Shown one piece after another: positions 18,151 through 28,405 of a stretch of DNA of 64,000 bases (positions within the stretch are counted from its first letter, which is position 1; each line of letters starts with the position of its first letter). Source of the DNA: an uncultured Thiotrichales bacterium (GTDB taxonomy: Bacteria; Pseudomonadota; Gammaproteobacteria; UBA4575). The stretch lies in the NCBI GenBank assembly GCA_964614915.1, contig CAZTNC010000019.1, forward strand, positions 2,091 through 66,090, written 5' to 3'. Under the pieces are notes generated by a model. That model searched no databases. It was not told where the DNA came from and was given only the letters and a program-made list of their open reading frames with translations. A program made the position numbers and the translations under genes.

Positions 18151-19752
18151 ATGCACGGGGATGAAACCACAGGCAAGGACATCCGGGCCTTGCAACATAA
18201 ATTCAGGGACGGCGGCATCAGCCGTCGCGATTTCCTTGCAGCCCTCGGCGCACTCGGTATCTCTGCTGCAGGAGCCCGATCCCATCTGGCCAATGCCAGT
18301 GCCCTGGCACTGAGCCCGCGCAAGGGCGGCACCGCCATCTATGCCAACAACCTGCACGGACCGGACGACCAGCTGGACCCGATCGTGTTCACGTCGGGCA
18401 TCGACTACACGCGCGGGCGCGCCTGCTACAACAACCTGACCCAGATTCTTGACCACCTGGCGCTGCACCCGGAGCTTGCAGAGGAGTGGAGCGCCAACCG
18501 CGATGGCACCGAATACACCTTCAAGATCCGAAAGGGCGTGGAATTCCATGACGGCTCGCCGCTGACCGCAGACGACGTCGTCTGGAGCATGAACCGTCAT
18601 CTCGGGGCAGATTCACCTTCGGTGATCAAGGCCTACTTCGCCTCGGTCACTGAATGGCGCAAGCTCGACAAACACACGGTCAGGGCCCGGCTCAGCACGC
18701 CAGACCGGGACCTGCCAATGAAGCTGGGTGAAAAACAGGCCAAGATCGTCAAGAAGGACACCACTGACTTTCGCAAGGGCATTGGCACCGGCCCGTATGT
18801 GCTCGAATCCTTTGAGCCCGGGGTGCGCTCGCTGCATACGCGAAATCCCAACTACTGGCGGGACGGACCGAACTTCGACGCCCTGGTGCTGACCGCGATC
18901 ACTGACCCGATCGCGCGGGTCAATGCGCTGATTGCAGGAGACGTACACCTCATCGCTTCGGTCAACTCCCGAAGTGTCCGGCTGATCGAAAACACCGAAG
19001 GCGTGCACGTGAACTCGACGCCGTCCGGGCGCTACGGCGGGATCTGCTGCCTCAAGAACACCCCGCCCGGTGAGAACGACCACTTTGTCAAGGGAATGCA
19101 GTACATCCAGGACCGCGAGCGCATTGTCCGCTCCATCCTCAAGGGACATGGCCAGGTCGGCAACGATCATCCGATCTCGCCTGCCTATGGGGCCGATCAT
19201 TGTGCTGACCTGCCGCAGCGACCGTATGATCCGGACAAGGCCAAGTGGCACCTGAAACAGGCGGGAATCTCGTCGGCCGAACTCTTTGTTGCCCCGGTGG
19301 CCGCCGGCATCGTGGAAACCAGTCTGCTGATGCAGGCCAACCTGAAGAAGATCGGTTTCGATCTGGCCATTCGGCAGGTCCCGACTGACGGCTACTGGGG
19401 GGCTGTCTGGATGAAGGAGCCTATGAACGTGGTCTCCTGGAACATGCGCCCGACGGCCAATTCCATGCTTGCCATCCAGTTTGCACCGGGTGCGGCGTGG
19501 AACGACACGTACTGGAACAACCCACGGTTCGGGGAACTGCTGCAGATGCAACTGGCTGAAACCGACTCGGTTAGGCGTTACGAGATGCTCTGCGAAATGC
19601 AGCGCCTCGTGCACGAGGGCAGTGGCATGGTCATCCCTTGCCACATCAACATCCTCGATGGCATCAGTGACAAGATTCATGGCATTCCCGTGGTCCCGCT
19701 GGGTGCGATGGGGGCCTACGAGTGGGTTGAATTTGCCTGGATGAGCGAGTGA
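18151..19752 (+). CDS. ABC transporter substrate-binding protein (family 5, peptide/nickel-type) with Tat signal
   Basis: 'SRRDFL' twin-arginine signal, 'YTFKIRKGVEFHDGSPLTADDV', 'GTGPY'. Confidence 0.92.
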   Translation: MHGDETTGKDIRALQHKFRDGGISRRDFLAALGALGISAAGARSHLANASALALSPRKGGTAIYANNLHGPDDQLDPIVFTSGIDYTRGRACYNNLTQILDHLALHPELAEEWSANRDGTEYTFKIRKGVEFHDGSPLTADDVVWSMNRHLGADSPSVIKAYFASVTEWRKLDKHTVRARLSTPDRDLPMKLGEKQAKIVKKDTTDFRKGIGTGPYVLESFEPGVRSLHTRNPNYWRDGPNFDALVLTAITDPIARVNALIAGDVHLIASVNSRSVRLIENTEGVHVNSTPSGRYGGICCLKNTPPGENDHFVKGMQYIQDRERIVRSILKGHGQVGNDHPISPAYGADHCADLPQRPYDPDKAKWHLKQAGISSAELFVAPVAAGIVETSLLMQANLKKIGFDLAIRQVPTDGYWGAVWMKEPMNVVSWNMRPTANSMLAIQFAPGAAWNDTYWNNPRFGELLQMQLAETDSVRRYEMLCEMQRLVHEGSGMVIPCHINILDGISDKIHGIPVVPLGAMGAYEWVEFAWMSE

Positions 19753-19777
19753 GCCCGAACTGCGGGCCGATACGCCC

Positions 19778-20746
19778 ATGCTGATGCGCGCCGTCCTGCA
19801 CCGGATAGCCACCGGCCTGGTCACCCTAGTCGTGGTGTCGGTACTGATTTTTCTTGGTACCAGCGTTCTGCCGGGGGATGTCGCGAGCATCATCCTGGGA
19901 CAGATGGCCACACCGGAATCCCTGGCAGCCCTTCGCAGCACACTCGGTCTCGACCAGCCCGCCTACGTACGCTACTTCCTTTGGCTGGGCGATCTTTTGA
20001 GCGGGGATCTCGGTATTTCCAAGGCCGGCGCGGGCGCCGGGACCGGCGGCACACCGATCTCCGAGATGATCGCGCCGCGCCTGATCAACACCGTACAGCT
20101 TGCCGGTGCGGTTGCCCTGATCGCCGTACCACTTTCCCTGGGGCTGGGACTCGTGGCAGCCACATACCCTGGAACCCGCCTGGATCGCAGCATCACGTTG
20201 AGCACCCTGGGCCTAGTATCCGTTCCGGAGTTCCTGGTGGCTACCGCCCTGGTGCTAGTCGTTGCCGTGTACCTGGGCTGGCTTCCGGCGACCGCCTACG
20301 TCAGCGGGACGGAAACCGGGATGGCCCTGCTCAAGACGCTGGCCCTGCCGACCCTGACCCTGGTGATCGTGGCATCCTCACAGATCATACGCATGACCCG
20401 GGCCAGCGTTCTCAACGTCATGAGTTCACCCTACATCGAGATGGCCGTCCTCAAGGGACTGCCGCGCAGGAGGATTGTCCTGCACCATGCACTTCCCAAT
20501 GCCGTGGGGCCCATCGTCAACGTGATTGCACTGAACCTGGCCTACCTGGTCAGCGGGGTGGTGATCGTTGAAACCATCTTCGCCTACCCGGGCCTTGCGA
20601 AATTGATGGTCGATGCGGTCCAGACCCGCGACCTGCCCCTCGTGCAGGCCTGCGCCATGATTTTCTGCAGCGCGTACATCCTGCTGGTTTTCATTGCCGA
20701 CCTGGCCTCGATCCTGTCCAACCCCAGGCTTCGGTATCCCCGATGA
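19778..20746 (+). CDS. ABC transporter permease (DppB-like)
   Basis: 'LPGDVASIILG', EAA loop 'YIEMAVLKGL', 'RDLPLVQ'. Confidence 0.92.
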   Translation: MLMRAVLHRIATGLVTLVVVSVLIFLGTSVLPGDVASIILGQMATPESLAALRSTLGLDQPAYVRYFLWLGDLLSGDLGISKAGAGAGTGGTPISEMIAPRLINTVQLAGAVALIAVPLSLGLGLVAATYPGTRLDRSITLSTLGLVSVPEFLVATALVLVVAVYLGWLPATAYVSGTETGMALLKTLALPTLTLVIVASSQIIRMTRASVLNVMSSPYIEMAVLKGLPRRRIVLHHALPNAVGPIVNVIALNLAYLVSGVVIVETIFAYPGLAKLMVDAVQTRDLPLVQACAMIFCSAYILLVFIADLASILSNPRLRYPR

Positions 20747-21675
20747 GCACCCCTGCGAACAGTCCGTCGGACCTCGACAGGCACGCCGGGCCCAAGGGGT
20801 TGCCGACACGCACTCTGCAGTTCTCTGGCGCCGGCAAGACCGGAATCGTCGTAATCCTGTTCTGGATCACCATGGTCTTCATCGGCCCCTGGGTGGCCCC
20901 CTTCCACGAGGCGGAATTCCTGGACGAAGCCCTTTTCATCGTGCCTGGTCTGGATGACCCCTATCCCGCCACCGACTTCCTGCCCCCGGGGGATGTTGCC
21001 TACCTGGGTACAGACTACTTGGGTCGCGATACCCTTTCGCGGCTGCTTTTTGGGGCCCGTACGACGATTGGAATCTCGCTGATCTCCACCCTGCTGGCCT
21101 ACCTCATCGGTATAACACTGGGCATCGCGGCGGCAGCAGGCGGCCGGGTCCTGGACAGTTCGCTCAGCCGGCTCAACGATGCCGTACTGTCCATGCCGAC
21201 CATCATGCTGGGCATGGTCGTGATCTCCGCATACGGCAGTTCCCTCCCTGTGCTGATCGTCCTCACCAGCCTGATTTATGCATCCAGCGTGTTCCGGATC
21301 GCACGCGCCTTCGGCCTGGACATCATGGTCAGCGATTTCGTGGATGCTGCACGGGTGCGCGGTGAGGGACTGGGATGGATCATCCGGCGCGAGGTTCTGC
21401 CCGGCATGATTCTTCCCATGGCAAGCGATTTTGGCCTGCGGTTCGTCTACATCATCCTGTTTCTCTCTGGCCTGAGCTTTCTTGGGCTGGGCGTACAGCC
21501 GCCTCAATCCGACTGGGGCAGCATGGTCAGGGAAAACCTGGCCGGGCTGCCCTACGGGGCCATCGCACCCCTGATCCCGGCCCTTGCGATTGCCACCCTG
21601 ACCGTTGCCATCAATCTGGTCGTCGACGACATTTCCGCCCACCACGGCGGCAAGCTTGCGGAGAAAATCATCTGA
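20743..21675 (+). CDS. ABC transporter permease (DppC-like)
   Basis: 'LGTDYLGRD', 'FVDAARVRGE', 'LSFLGLGVQPPQSDWG'. Confidence 0.92.
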   Translation: MSTPANSPSDLDRHAGPKGLPTRTLQFSGAGKTGIVVILFWITMVFIGPWVAPFHEAEFLDEALFIVPGLDDPYPATDFLPPGDVAYLGTDYLGRDTLSRLLFGARTTIGISLISTLLAYLIGITLGIAAAAGGRVLDSSLSRLNDAVLSMPTIMLGMVVISAYGSSLPVLIVLTSLIYASSVFRIARAFGLDIMVSDFVDAARVRGEGLGWIIRREVLPGMILPMASDFGLRFVYIILFLSGLSFLGLGVQPPQSDWGSMVRENLAGLPYGAIAPLIPALAIATLTVAINLVVDDISAHHGGKLAEKII

Positions 21676-23501
21676 TGCCCGCGCTGCTGGAAATCGAGAA
21701 CCTGGTCATCGAGGCTGCAGGCGGTGGGGACAGCCTGACGCCGGTTATCAGTGGCGTAAACCTGCAGCTCGGTGCGGGTGAAGTCCTGGCATTGATCGGC
21801 GAGTCCGGTTCCGGCAAGACCACGCTCGCATTATCGACCTTGGGGTATGCCAAGCCGGGCCTGGATTTCCGGGCAGGCAAAGTCCGACTTAACGGAGACG
21901 ACATCCTTGCCATGGCGGCGGATGAAAAACGAAGACTTCGCGGACAACGGGTTGCCTACCTTGCACAAAGTGCCGCCGCAGCCTTCAATCCCGCGCTCAG
22001 GATCGGGGCACAGGTGACCGAAGCATCCGTGCTCCACGGACAGCTCTCCCAGGCCGAGGCGGACCGGCGCGCGACCGACCTCTACCGTGCCCTGGGCCTG
22101 CCGGATCCGGATCACCTCGGCAGGCGCTACCCGCACCAGGTCTCAGGCGGTCAGCTGCAACGGCTCATGGCCGCGATGGCCCTGTGCGGCAGGCCTGACC
22201 TGCTGGTCCTGGATGAGCCCACCACGGCACTGGATGTGACCACGCAGATCGAGGTCCTCAAGGCATTCAAGGACGTCATCCGCCAGGAAGGTGCTGCCGC
22301 ACTGTACGTGACCCATGACCTTTCCATCGTGGCACAGATCGCAGATCGCATCGTCGTACTCTATGCCGGTGAGGTTGTGGAATACGGCACCGTCGATGAC
22401 ATCCTCAACCGACCCCAGCAGCGCTATACGCGCGAGCTGATCAGCGCCGTGCGCCCGCCTCCGGACAGCACCGTGGTACCGGGCGCCCCGAAAGAAACAA
22501 GACGAGACGTACCCGCACTGGAGGTGAAAAACCTCACCGCAGGTTACGGCAGAAAACATGCGAGCGGACACACGCTCAAGGTGCTTCGCGATGTTCACAT
22601 CACCGTCGAACGCGGTCACTCGCTGGGCGTGATCGGCGAGTCCGGGTGCGGCAAATCGACGCTTGCCCGGGTAATTTCGGGACTGCTCCCCGCCATGCAA
22701 GGCGATCTACTGCTCAAGGGCCAGCCATTGAAGCCCAGCCTCAGGCAGCGCGAACGCTGGCAATTACAGAAAATCCAGTTTGTGTTCCAGATGGCCGATA
22801 ACGCTCTCAACCCGCACCAGAGGGTCGACCAGCTTTTGGGCCGCCCACTCGAGTTCTACTTCGGACTCTCGGGCGAGGAGAAAAAACAACGCATCACCGA
22901 GTTGCTGCACATGGTTGAACTGCCCCCGGAATTTTCCCATCGCTACCCCGAAGAATTGTCCGGTGGCCAGAAGCAGCGCATCAACCTGGCACGAGCACTC
23001 GCCGCGTCCCCCGAGATCCTGTTGTGTGACGAGGTGATCTCAGCCCTGGACACCATTATTGGTGCCAGCATCATCGAGCTTCTCAAGCGCCTTCGCCAGC
23101 AAACCGATGTTTCCTTCATTTTCATCAGTCATGACCTGTCCGCGATTGCCTCCTTTGCCGATGACATCGCCGTGCTCTATGCCGGCCTGGTGGTGGAACA
23201 AGGCCCCGCAAACCGTGTGCTTGCACCGCCCTATCACCCGTACACCCGCTTACTGATCGCCTCGGTTCCGGAGCTGAGCCAGGGCTGGCTGGAGAGAACC
23301 CTCGAGATGCGTGAGACCCAGGCCGGCATCGACCAGGCCGTTGAGATCGCTGACCGGGGCTGCCCGTTTTATCGCCGCTGCCCGCTGGCCATTGCTGGAA
23401 CATGCAACCACGAGCCACCCCCCTTGCACAATCTAGGTCATGGCCATTCGATCGCATGCCACCGAAGTGAGGCAGAGCTTCGGCTTGGTTCGCCTACCTG
23501 A
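21675..23501 (+). CDS. ABC transporter ATP-binding protein (fused DppD/DppF-like)
   Basis: Two Walker A motifs (GESGSGKT, GESGCGKS) and 'YPHQVSGGQ' / 'YPEELSGGQ'; ATG overlaps the upstream stop. Confidence 0.93.
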   Translation: MPALLEIENLVIEAAGGGDSLTPVISGVNLQLGAGEVLALIGESGSGKTTLALSTLGYAKPGLDFRAGKVRLNGDDILAMAADEKRRLRGQRVAYLAQSAAAAFNPALRIGAQVTEASVLHGQLSQAEADRRATDLYRALGLPDPDHLGRRYPHQVSGGQLQRLMAAMALCGRPDLLVLDEPTTALDVTTQIEVLKAFKDVIRQEGAAALYVTHDLSIVAQIADRIVVLYAGEVVEYGTVDDILNRPQQRYTRELISAVRPPPDSTVVPGAPKETRRDVPALEVKNLTAGYGRKHASGHTLKVLRDVHITVERGHSLGVIGESGCGKSTLARVISGLLPAMQGDLLLKGQPLKPSLRQRERWQLQKIQFVFQMADNALNPHQRVDQLLGRPLEFYFGLSGEEKKQRITELLHMVELPPEFSHRYPEELSGGQKQRINLARALAASPEILLCDEVISALDTIIGASIIELLKRLRQQTDVSFIFISHDLSAIASFADDIAVLYAGLVVEQGPANRVLAPPYHPYTRLLIASVPELSQGWLERTLEMRETQAGIDQAVEIADRGCPFYRRCPLAIAGTCNHEPPPLHNLGHGHSIACHRSEAELRLGSPT

Positions 23502-23540
23502 TCCTGGCCGGAAACCCCAGCATCGGATGCCCTGGCGTCC

Positions 23541-24995
23541 TCAGGTGATGCCGCCCATGCACAAGTATTTGATTTCCAGGAATTCCTCGATCCCGTACTT
23601 GGATCCCTCGCGGCCGATGCCGGATTCCTTCACGCCTCCAAAGGGCGCCACCTCGGTTGAGATCAATCCGGTATTGATGCCGACGATGCCGTATTCCAAG
23701 GCTTCTGCGATCTTCCAGACACGAACGATATCGCGGGTGTAGAAGTAGGCCGCAAGACCGTACTCCGTATCGTTGGCCATCCTGATCGCATCCTCTTCGG
23801 TCTTGAAGCGGTATACCGGAGCAAGCGGCCCGAAGGTTTCTTCCCGGCTCAATGCCATGTCGGCAGTTGCATCCACCAGCACCGTGGGCGAGTAGAAATT
23901 TCCCTGCAGGTCGTGGCGCTGTCCGCCGGTGAGCACTCGCGCACCCTTGGCGTGGGCATCCCTGACATGGTGTTCGACCTTTTCGACCGCGTGCTGGTCA
24001 ATCAGCGGCCCGATCTCGGTCGCTTCATCCAAACCGTTGCCAACGTTCATGGCGCTGACCGCTGCAGCCAGTTTCTCGTTGAAGCGGTCATAGATGCCGT
24101 CCTGCACGAATATACGGTTCGCACAGACGCAGGTCTGCCCGGCGTTTCGAAACTTCGACTGTATTGCACCCTCAACGGCAGACTCGATGTCGGCATCGTC
24201 AAAAACGATGAACGGTGCATTGCCCCCCAACTCCATCGTTACCTTCTTCATAGTGCCGGCACATTGCTCCGTCAGCCGCTTGCCGACCTCAGATGAACCG
24301 GTAAAGCTGAGCTTGCGCACGGCCGGGTTGGATGTGATCTCGTCACCGATCTCGGAGCTGATGCCACACAGGACATTCAGCACACCTGCGGGAATGCCTG
24401 CCTGCTCGGCGAGCCTGGCCGCGGCAAGTGCTGTGTGGGGTGTCTGGGATGCAGGTTTGGCGATGACCGTGCATCCGGCGGCCAGTGCCGGTGCAACTTT
24501 GCGCGTCATCATGGCGAGCGGGAAATTCCAGGGGGTGATCGAGGCCACGACACCCACCGGCTCCTTGATCACCACGATGCGCTTGTCCTGCTGGTGACCG
24601 GGGATGGTGTCGCCGTAGATGCGCTTGCCCTCTTCTGCAAACCATTCGACGAAGGAAGCTCCATACCCGACTTCAGCCCGCGATTCCACCAGCGGTTTTC
24701 CCTGCTCGCTCGTCATGAGAACGGCAAGGTCCTCCTGGTTTTCCATGATCAGCTCAAACCAGTTGCGCAGGATACCCGCCCGCTCTTTTGCAGTGAGTGC
24801 CCGCCATTTCGGGAATGCTGCGCTCGCAGCCTGGATGGCGCGCCGGGTCTCAGCGGCACCCATCCTGGGCACCGAGCCGATGATCGTGCCATCGGCCGGA
24901 TTGTCGGTTTCGATCCTGCCGCCATCGTCCGCATCCACCCAGGTGCCATCGATGTAACACTGCTCGCAAAACAGCGAGGGATTGCTGAGATTCAT
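23541..24995 (-). CDS. gabD: NAD(P)-dependent succinate-semialdehyde dehydrogenase
   Basis: 'ITPWNFPLAMMTRK', 'FTGSSEVGK', 'MELGGNAPF', 'RNAGQTCVCAN', 'EETFGPLAP'. Confidence 0.93.
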   Translation of the reverse strand: MNLSNPSLFCEQCYIDGTWVDADDGGRIETDNPADGTIIGSVPRMGAAETRRAIQAASAAFPKWRALTAKERAGILRNWFELIMENQEDLAVLMTSEQGKPLVESRAEVGYGASFVEWFAEEGKRIYGDTIPGHQQDKRIVVIKEPVGVVASITPWNFPLAMMTRKVAPALAAGCTVIAKPASQTPHTALAAARLAEQAGIPAGVLNVLCGISSEIGDEITSNPAVRKLSFTGSSEVGKRLTEQCAGTMKKVTMELGGNAPFIVFDDADIESAVEGAIQSKFRNAGQTCVCANRIFVQDGIYDRFNEKLAAAVSAMNVGNGLDEATEIGPLIDQHAVEKVEHHVRDAHAKGARVLTGGQRHDLQGNFYSPTVLVDATADMALSREETFGPLAPVYRFKTEEDAIRMANDTEYGLAAYFYTRDIVRVWKIAEALEYGIVGINTGLISTEVAPFGGVKESGIGREGSKYGIEEFLEIKYLCMGGIT

Positions 24996-25141
24996 GGAAA
25001 ACTCCCCGTCAAGCTTCGGATGTGGGCCAGTTCGGGCCCATGTTAATTGATCCTGCCACCAAGATCACTGACAGGGGCCTAGCCTGATCACATGGTGGAC
25101 CCGACAGCATCTTGTCTTGAACAAGATTTCGGGAATAGACT

Positions 25142-26737
25142 GTGCCCATGTCCTTGCCACTCCACTCGCTCTTGCCAGCGCAGGCTCGGGAACGGCCTGA
25201 CAAGGTTGCACTCGAATACCGTGAAAAAAAGGTGTCCTATCACAGCCTGAATCTGGCATGTGAACAGTTCGCATGCGGCTGCCAGCGAGTCGGGCTATCG
25301 CAAGGAGCCCGCATCGGCGTGTATCTGCCACGATGTATCGAGACGGTAGTCGCCTTTTTCGGAGCCCTGCGGGCGGGCGCCTGTCTCGTGCCGGTCAACC
25401 CGGCCCTGAAATCCCAACAAGCGAGCCATATCCTGGAGGACTGCGGCGTAGAACTGCTGGTGACGACCTCAAGCCGGCTCGACACACTGCACGAGGCGCT
25501 CATGCACGACTCCCATTTACACACGGTGGTCGTGATCGACCAAGAGGCAATGCCCTCCAGCGACCCCGACCAGGCGGTTCGCATCGAAGGCTGGCGGGAA
25601 TTTTGCGTACAGTCCACACCGGCCAGCACGGACCTGCAGGATACGGATCTTGCGGCTATTTTCTACACTTCCGGCAGCACCGGCCTGCCCAAGGGGGTCA
25701 TGCTTACCCACAAGAACCTGTGCGCGGGCGCGGAAAGCGTGACCACGTACCTGGAAAATACATCGAAGGACCGGATCCTCGCCGTGCTGCCCTTCAGTTT
25801 TGACTACGGGTTCAGCCAGCTGAGTACGGCATTCAGTGTGGGGGCTACGGTGGTGATCCTCGACTACCTTCTGCCGCAGGATATTCTCAAGGCCATCGAG
25901 CGCGAGCGGATCACGGGTCTGGCCGGCGTCCCTGCCCTGTGGCAACAGCTTGGTCGGCTTGAATGGCCAAAGGCTGCCGGCGAGACGCTTCGCTACATCA
26001 CCAGTTCCGGGGATGTCCTGCCTGAGACCACCGTCAGGATGCTCACCGAGAAGCTTCCTGCGACTGACATGTACCTGATGTACGGCTTCACGGAGGCCTT
26101 CCGGTCCACCTACCTGCCGCCGCAGGAGATCCATCACCGGCCCACATCGATCGGCAAGGCCATCCCAGGCGCCTGGGTCGGGGTCGTGCGCCCGGACGGC
26201 TCCCCCTGTAACCCGGATGAGGTCGGGGAACTGGTGCATGGCGGACCCCTGGTAGCCCAGGGATACTGGAACCACTCCGTGGAAACCGGGGAACGGTTCA
26301 GGCCGCTTGCTACGGGCCCAGCCGACTCTCTGGAGGCCGGTGAGATCGTGGCCTGGTCCGGGGACCTTGTCCGTCAGGACCGGGACGGATACTTTTACTT
26401 CGTCGGGCGCAAGAACGACATGATCAAGACCTCGGGTTATCGCGTCAGTCCAGCCGAGATCGAGGGACCGGCAAGCCAGCACGATGCCGTTCGCGAAGCC
26501 GTGGCCTTTGGCGTGGACCATCCGCAACGCGGCCAGTCCATCGTTCTGACCTGCACTACCGACCATGAACCTGAACAGGCAGAAGCGGAGCTTGACCGGT
26601 ACCTGAAAGATGTCCTGCCGCTGTACATGGTACCGGAGCACTACGTCTGGACGGACGCGATCCCCTGCAACGACAATGGCAAGTTCGACCGCAAGCGTCT
26701 GGCAAGCCAGTACCAGGCGAGCGTAACAGGAACGTGA
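25142..26737 (+). CDS. Acyl-CoA ligase (AMP-forming), exosortase-A-system-associated type
   Basis: 'IFYTSGSTGLPKGVM', 'MYGFTEAFRSTYLPP', 'MIKTSGYRVSP'; paired with the PLP decarboxylase. Confidence 0.85.
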   Translation: MPMSLPLHSLLPAQARERPDKVALEYREKKVSYHSLNLACEQFACGCQRVGLSQGARIGVYLPRCIETVVAFFGALRAGACLVPVNPALKSQQASHILEDCGVELLVTTSSRLDTLHEALMHDSHLHTVVVIDQEAMPSSDPDQAVRIEGWREFCVQSTPASTDLQDTDLAAIFYTSGSTGLPKGVMLTHKNLCAGAESVTTYLENTSKDRILAVLPFSFDYGFSQLSTAFSVGATVVILDYLLPQDILKAIERERITGLAGVPALWQQLGRLEWPKAAGETLRYITSSGDVLPETTVRMLTEKLPATDMYLMYGFTEAFRSTYLPPQEIHHRPTSIGKAIPGAWVGVVRPDGSPCNPDEVGELVHGGPLVAQGYWNHSVETGERFRPLATGPADSLEAGEIVAWSGDLVRQDRDGYFYFVGRKNDMIKTSGYRVSPAEIEGPASQHDAVREAVAFGVDHPQRGQSIVLTCTTDHEPEQAEAELDRYLKDVLPLYMVPEHYVWTDAIPCNDNGKFDRKRLASQYQASVTGT

Positions 26738-26741
26738 TGGC

Positions 26742-27977
26742 ATGAGTCACTCTCCACCACAGCACTACAGCCCGCAGGAGCTCTTCGAGCGGGAAGGACC
26801 ACACCTAGTGGTCGCCGGTCAAACCTTGATGGATCTAGCCGGACAATGCGGGTCCACGCCGCTGTATGTCTACAGTAAACAAGCGATTAACGATCGTATC
26901 GCAGCCCTGAAAGCCGCACTGCCTGCACGCGTTCGCCTGCACTATGCCGTCAAGGCCAACCCGATGCAGGAGGTAATCGACTGTGTGGCCGAACAGGTGC
27001 ATGGACTGGATGTCTCCTCCGGAAATGAACTCAAGGCGGCGCTGCAAAGCGGTATCCGGGCAGAAAACATCAGCTTTGCCGGCCCCGGAAAGTCCTTGCA
27101 GGAACTAAAGGCCGGGATTGCCGCCGGCATTACCCTGAATGTCGAATCGGAAGTTGAGTTCACGCGTATCCTAAGTCTTTGTGATGAAACCGGGCAGGTG
27201 GCCCGCGTGGCCCTGCGCATCAACCCGGATTTCGAACTCAGGGCTTCCGGCATCAAGACCTCGGGCGGGCCCCAGCCGTTTGGCGTGGATGCGGAGGCCG
27301 CGCCGGAGTTGCTGGAGAAGATGTCCGCATCCGCCGTCGAGTTCACAGGCTTTCATATTTTCAGTGGTTCACAGGTCCTGCAGACCCGGACGCTCATCGA
27401 GGTCCACGAGAAAACCTTTGCGCTCGCCAGACAGCTTGCAGACCATGCCCGAGTGCCCGTACAGACCCTGAACATCGGTGGCGGCTTCGGCATCCCCTAT
27501 TTCCCTGGCGATGCTCCGCTTGAGGTGGCCCCGGTGATGGAAAACCTGGAGGGGTTGCTCGCTGAATACCGGGAAACCTTTGCCGAGACACAAATCATTC
27601 TCGAACTCGGCCGCTACCTGGTGGGCGAGGCCGGGCTGTACCTGACCCGTATCACGGACCGCAAGGTTTCCAGGGGCACTACCTACCTGGTGACCGACGG
27701 CGGGCTGCATCATCACCTCGCCGCGAGCGGCAACTTCGGTCAGGCGCTTCGCAGGAACTACCCGATCACCATTGGCAATCGGCTGGGAGAATCTACCGAG
27801 ACGGTAACCGTCGTCGGACCACTGTGCACCCCCCTGGATGTACTGGCCAAGGACATGGATTTGCCGAAAGCCGAAATCGGTGACCTGCTCGTGGTGTTCC
27901 AGTCCGGAGCGTACGGTTACAGTGCCAGCCCACTGGAATTCCTGAGCCATCCCAGACCCCAGGAAATTCTGGTGTAA
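26742..27977 (+). CDS. PLP-dependent decarboxylase (LysA/BtrK family), exosortase-A-system-associated type
   Basis: 'HYAVKANP', 'SFAGPGKS', 'NIGGGFGIPYF', 'ELGRYLV', 'GPLCTPLD', 'GAYG'. Confidence 0.87.
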   Translation: MSHSPPQHYSPQELFEREGPHLVVAGQTLMDLAGQCGSTPLYVYSKQAINDRIAALKAALPARVRLHYAVKANPMQEVIDCVAEQVHGLDVSSGNELKAALQSGIRAENISFAGPGKSLQELKAGIAAGITLNVESEVEFTRILSLCDETGQVARVALRINPDFELRASGIKTSGGPQPFGVDAEAAPELLEKMSASAVEFTGFHIFSGSQVLQTRTLIEVHEKTFALARQLADHARVPVQTLNIGGGFGIPYFPGDAPLEVAPVMENLEGLLAEYRETFAETQIILELGRYLVGEAGLYLTRITDRKVSRGTTYLVTDGGLHHHLAASGNFGQALRRNYPITIGNRLGESTETVTVVGPLCTPLDVLAKDMDLPKAEIGDLLVVFQSGAYGYSASPLEFLSHPRPQEILV

Positions 27978-28023
27978 GTTACAGGTACGTGGATTACAGA
28001 ATCGAAGGCGGGGCCGACAAGCC

Positions 28024-28281
28024 TCAGAGCCGGTTTTCCATTTTCGATGCAATCAGGTCGCGTAATGTGCCGACGGTCTGGAATGCCTTGGCATCCAGGT
28101 CGTCGTCATCAAAGACGATGTCAAAGCTTTTCTCCAGTCCGGCGATGATGCCGGTGATGGCCATCGAGTCCAGTTCCGGGATGGTGCCCAGAAGAGGTGC
28201 CTGTTCTCCCATTTCGTAGGTGGTTTCCGGCAGGGGCAAGGATTCCGCCAGCACTTCCAGCACCTGTTCAATTGCAATCAT
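28024..28281 (-). CDS. Acyl carrier protein
   Basis: Acidic 85-aa protein with the 'ELDSMA' phosphopantetheine Ser motif. Confidence 0.85.
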   Translation of the reverse strand: MIAIEQVLEVLAESLPLPETTYEMGEQAPLLGTIPELDSMAITGIIAGLEKSFDIVFDDDDLDAKAFQTVGTLRDLIASKMENRL

Positions 28282-28405
28282 CGAATTATCCTACACCTCG
28301 TCCCTGATTTACCGGTACATGAAACAGGCCCGCTCCTGACTGCCCGGGAGTGCCTGGCGGGGGATATGGTACAACAAGCGACAAAGTTGTAAACGTTCAA
28401 GTGTG

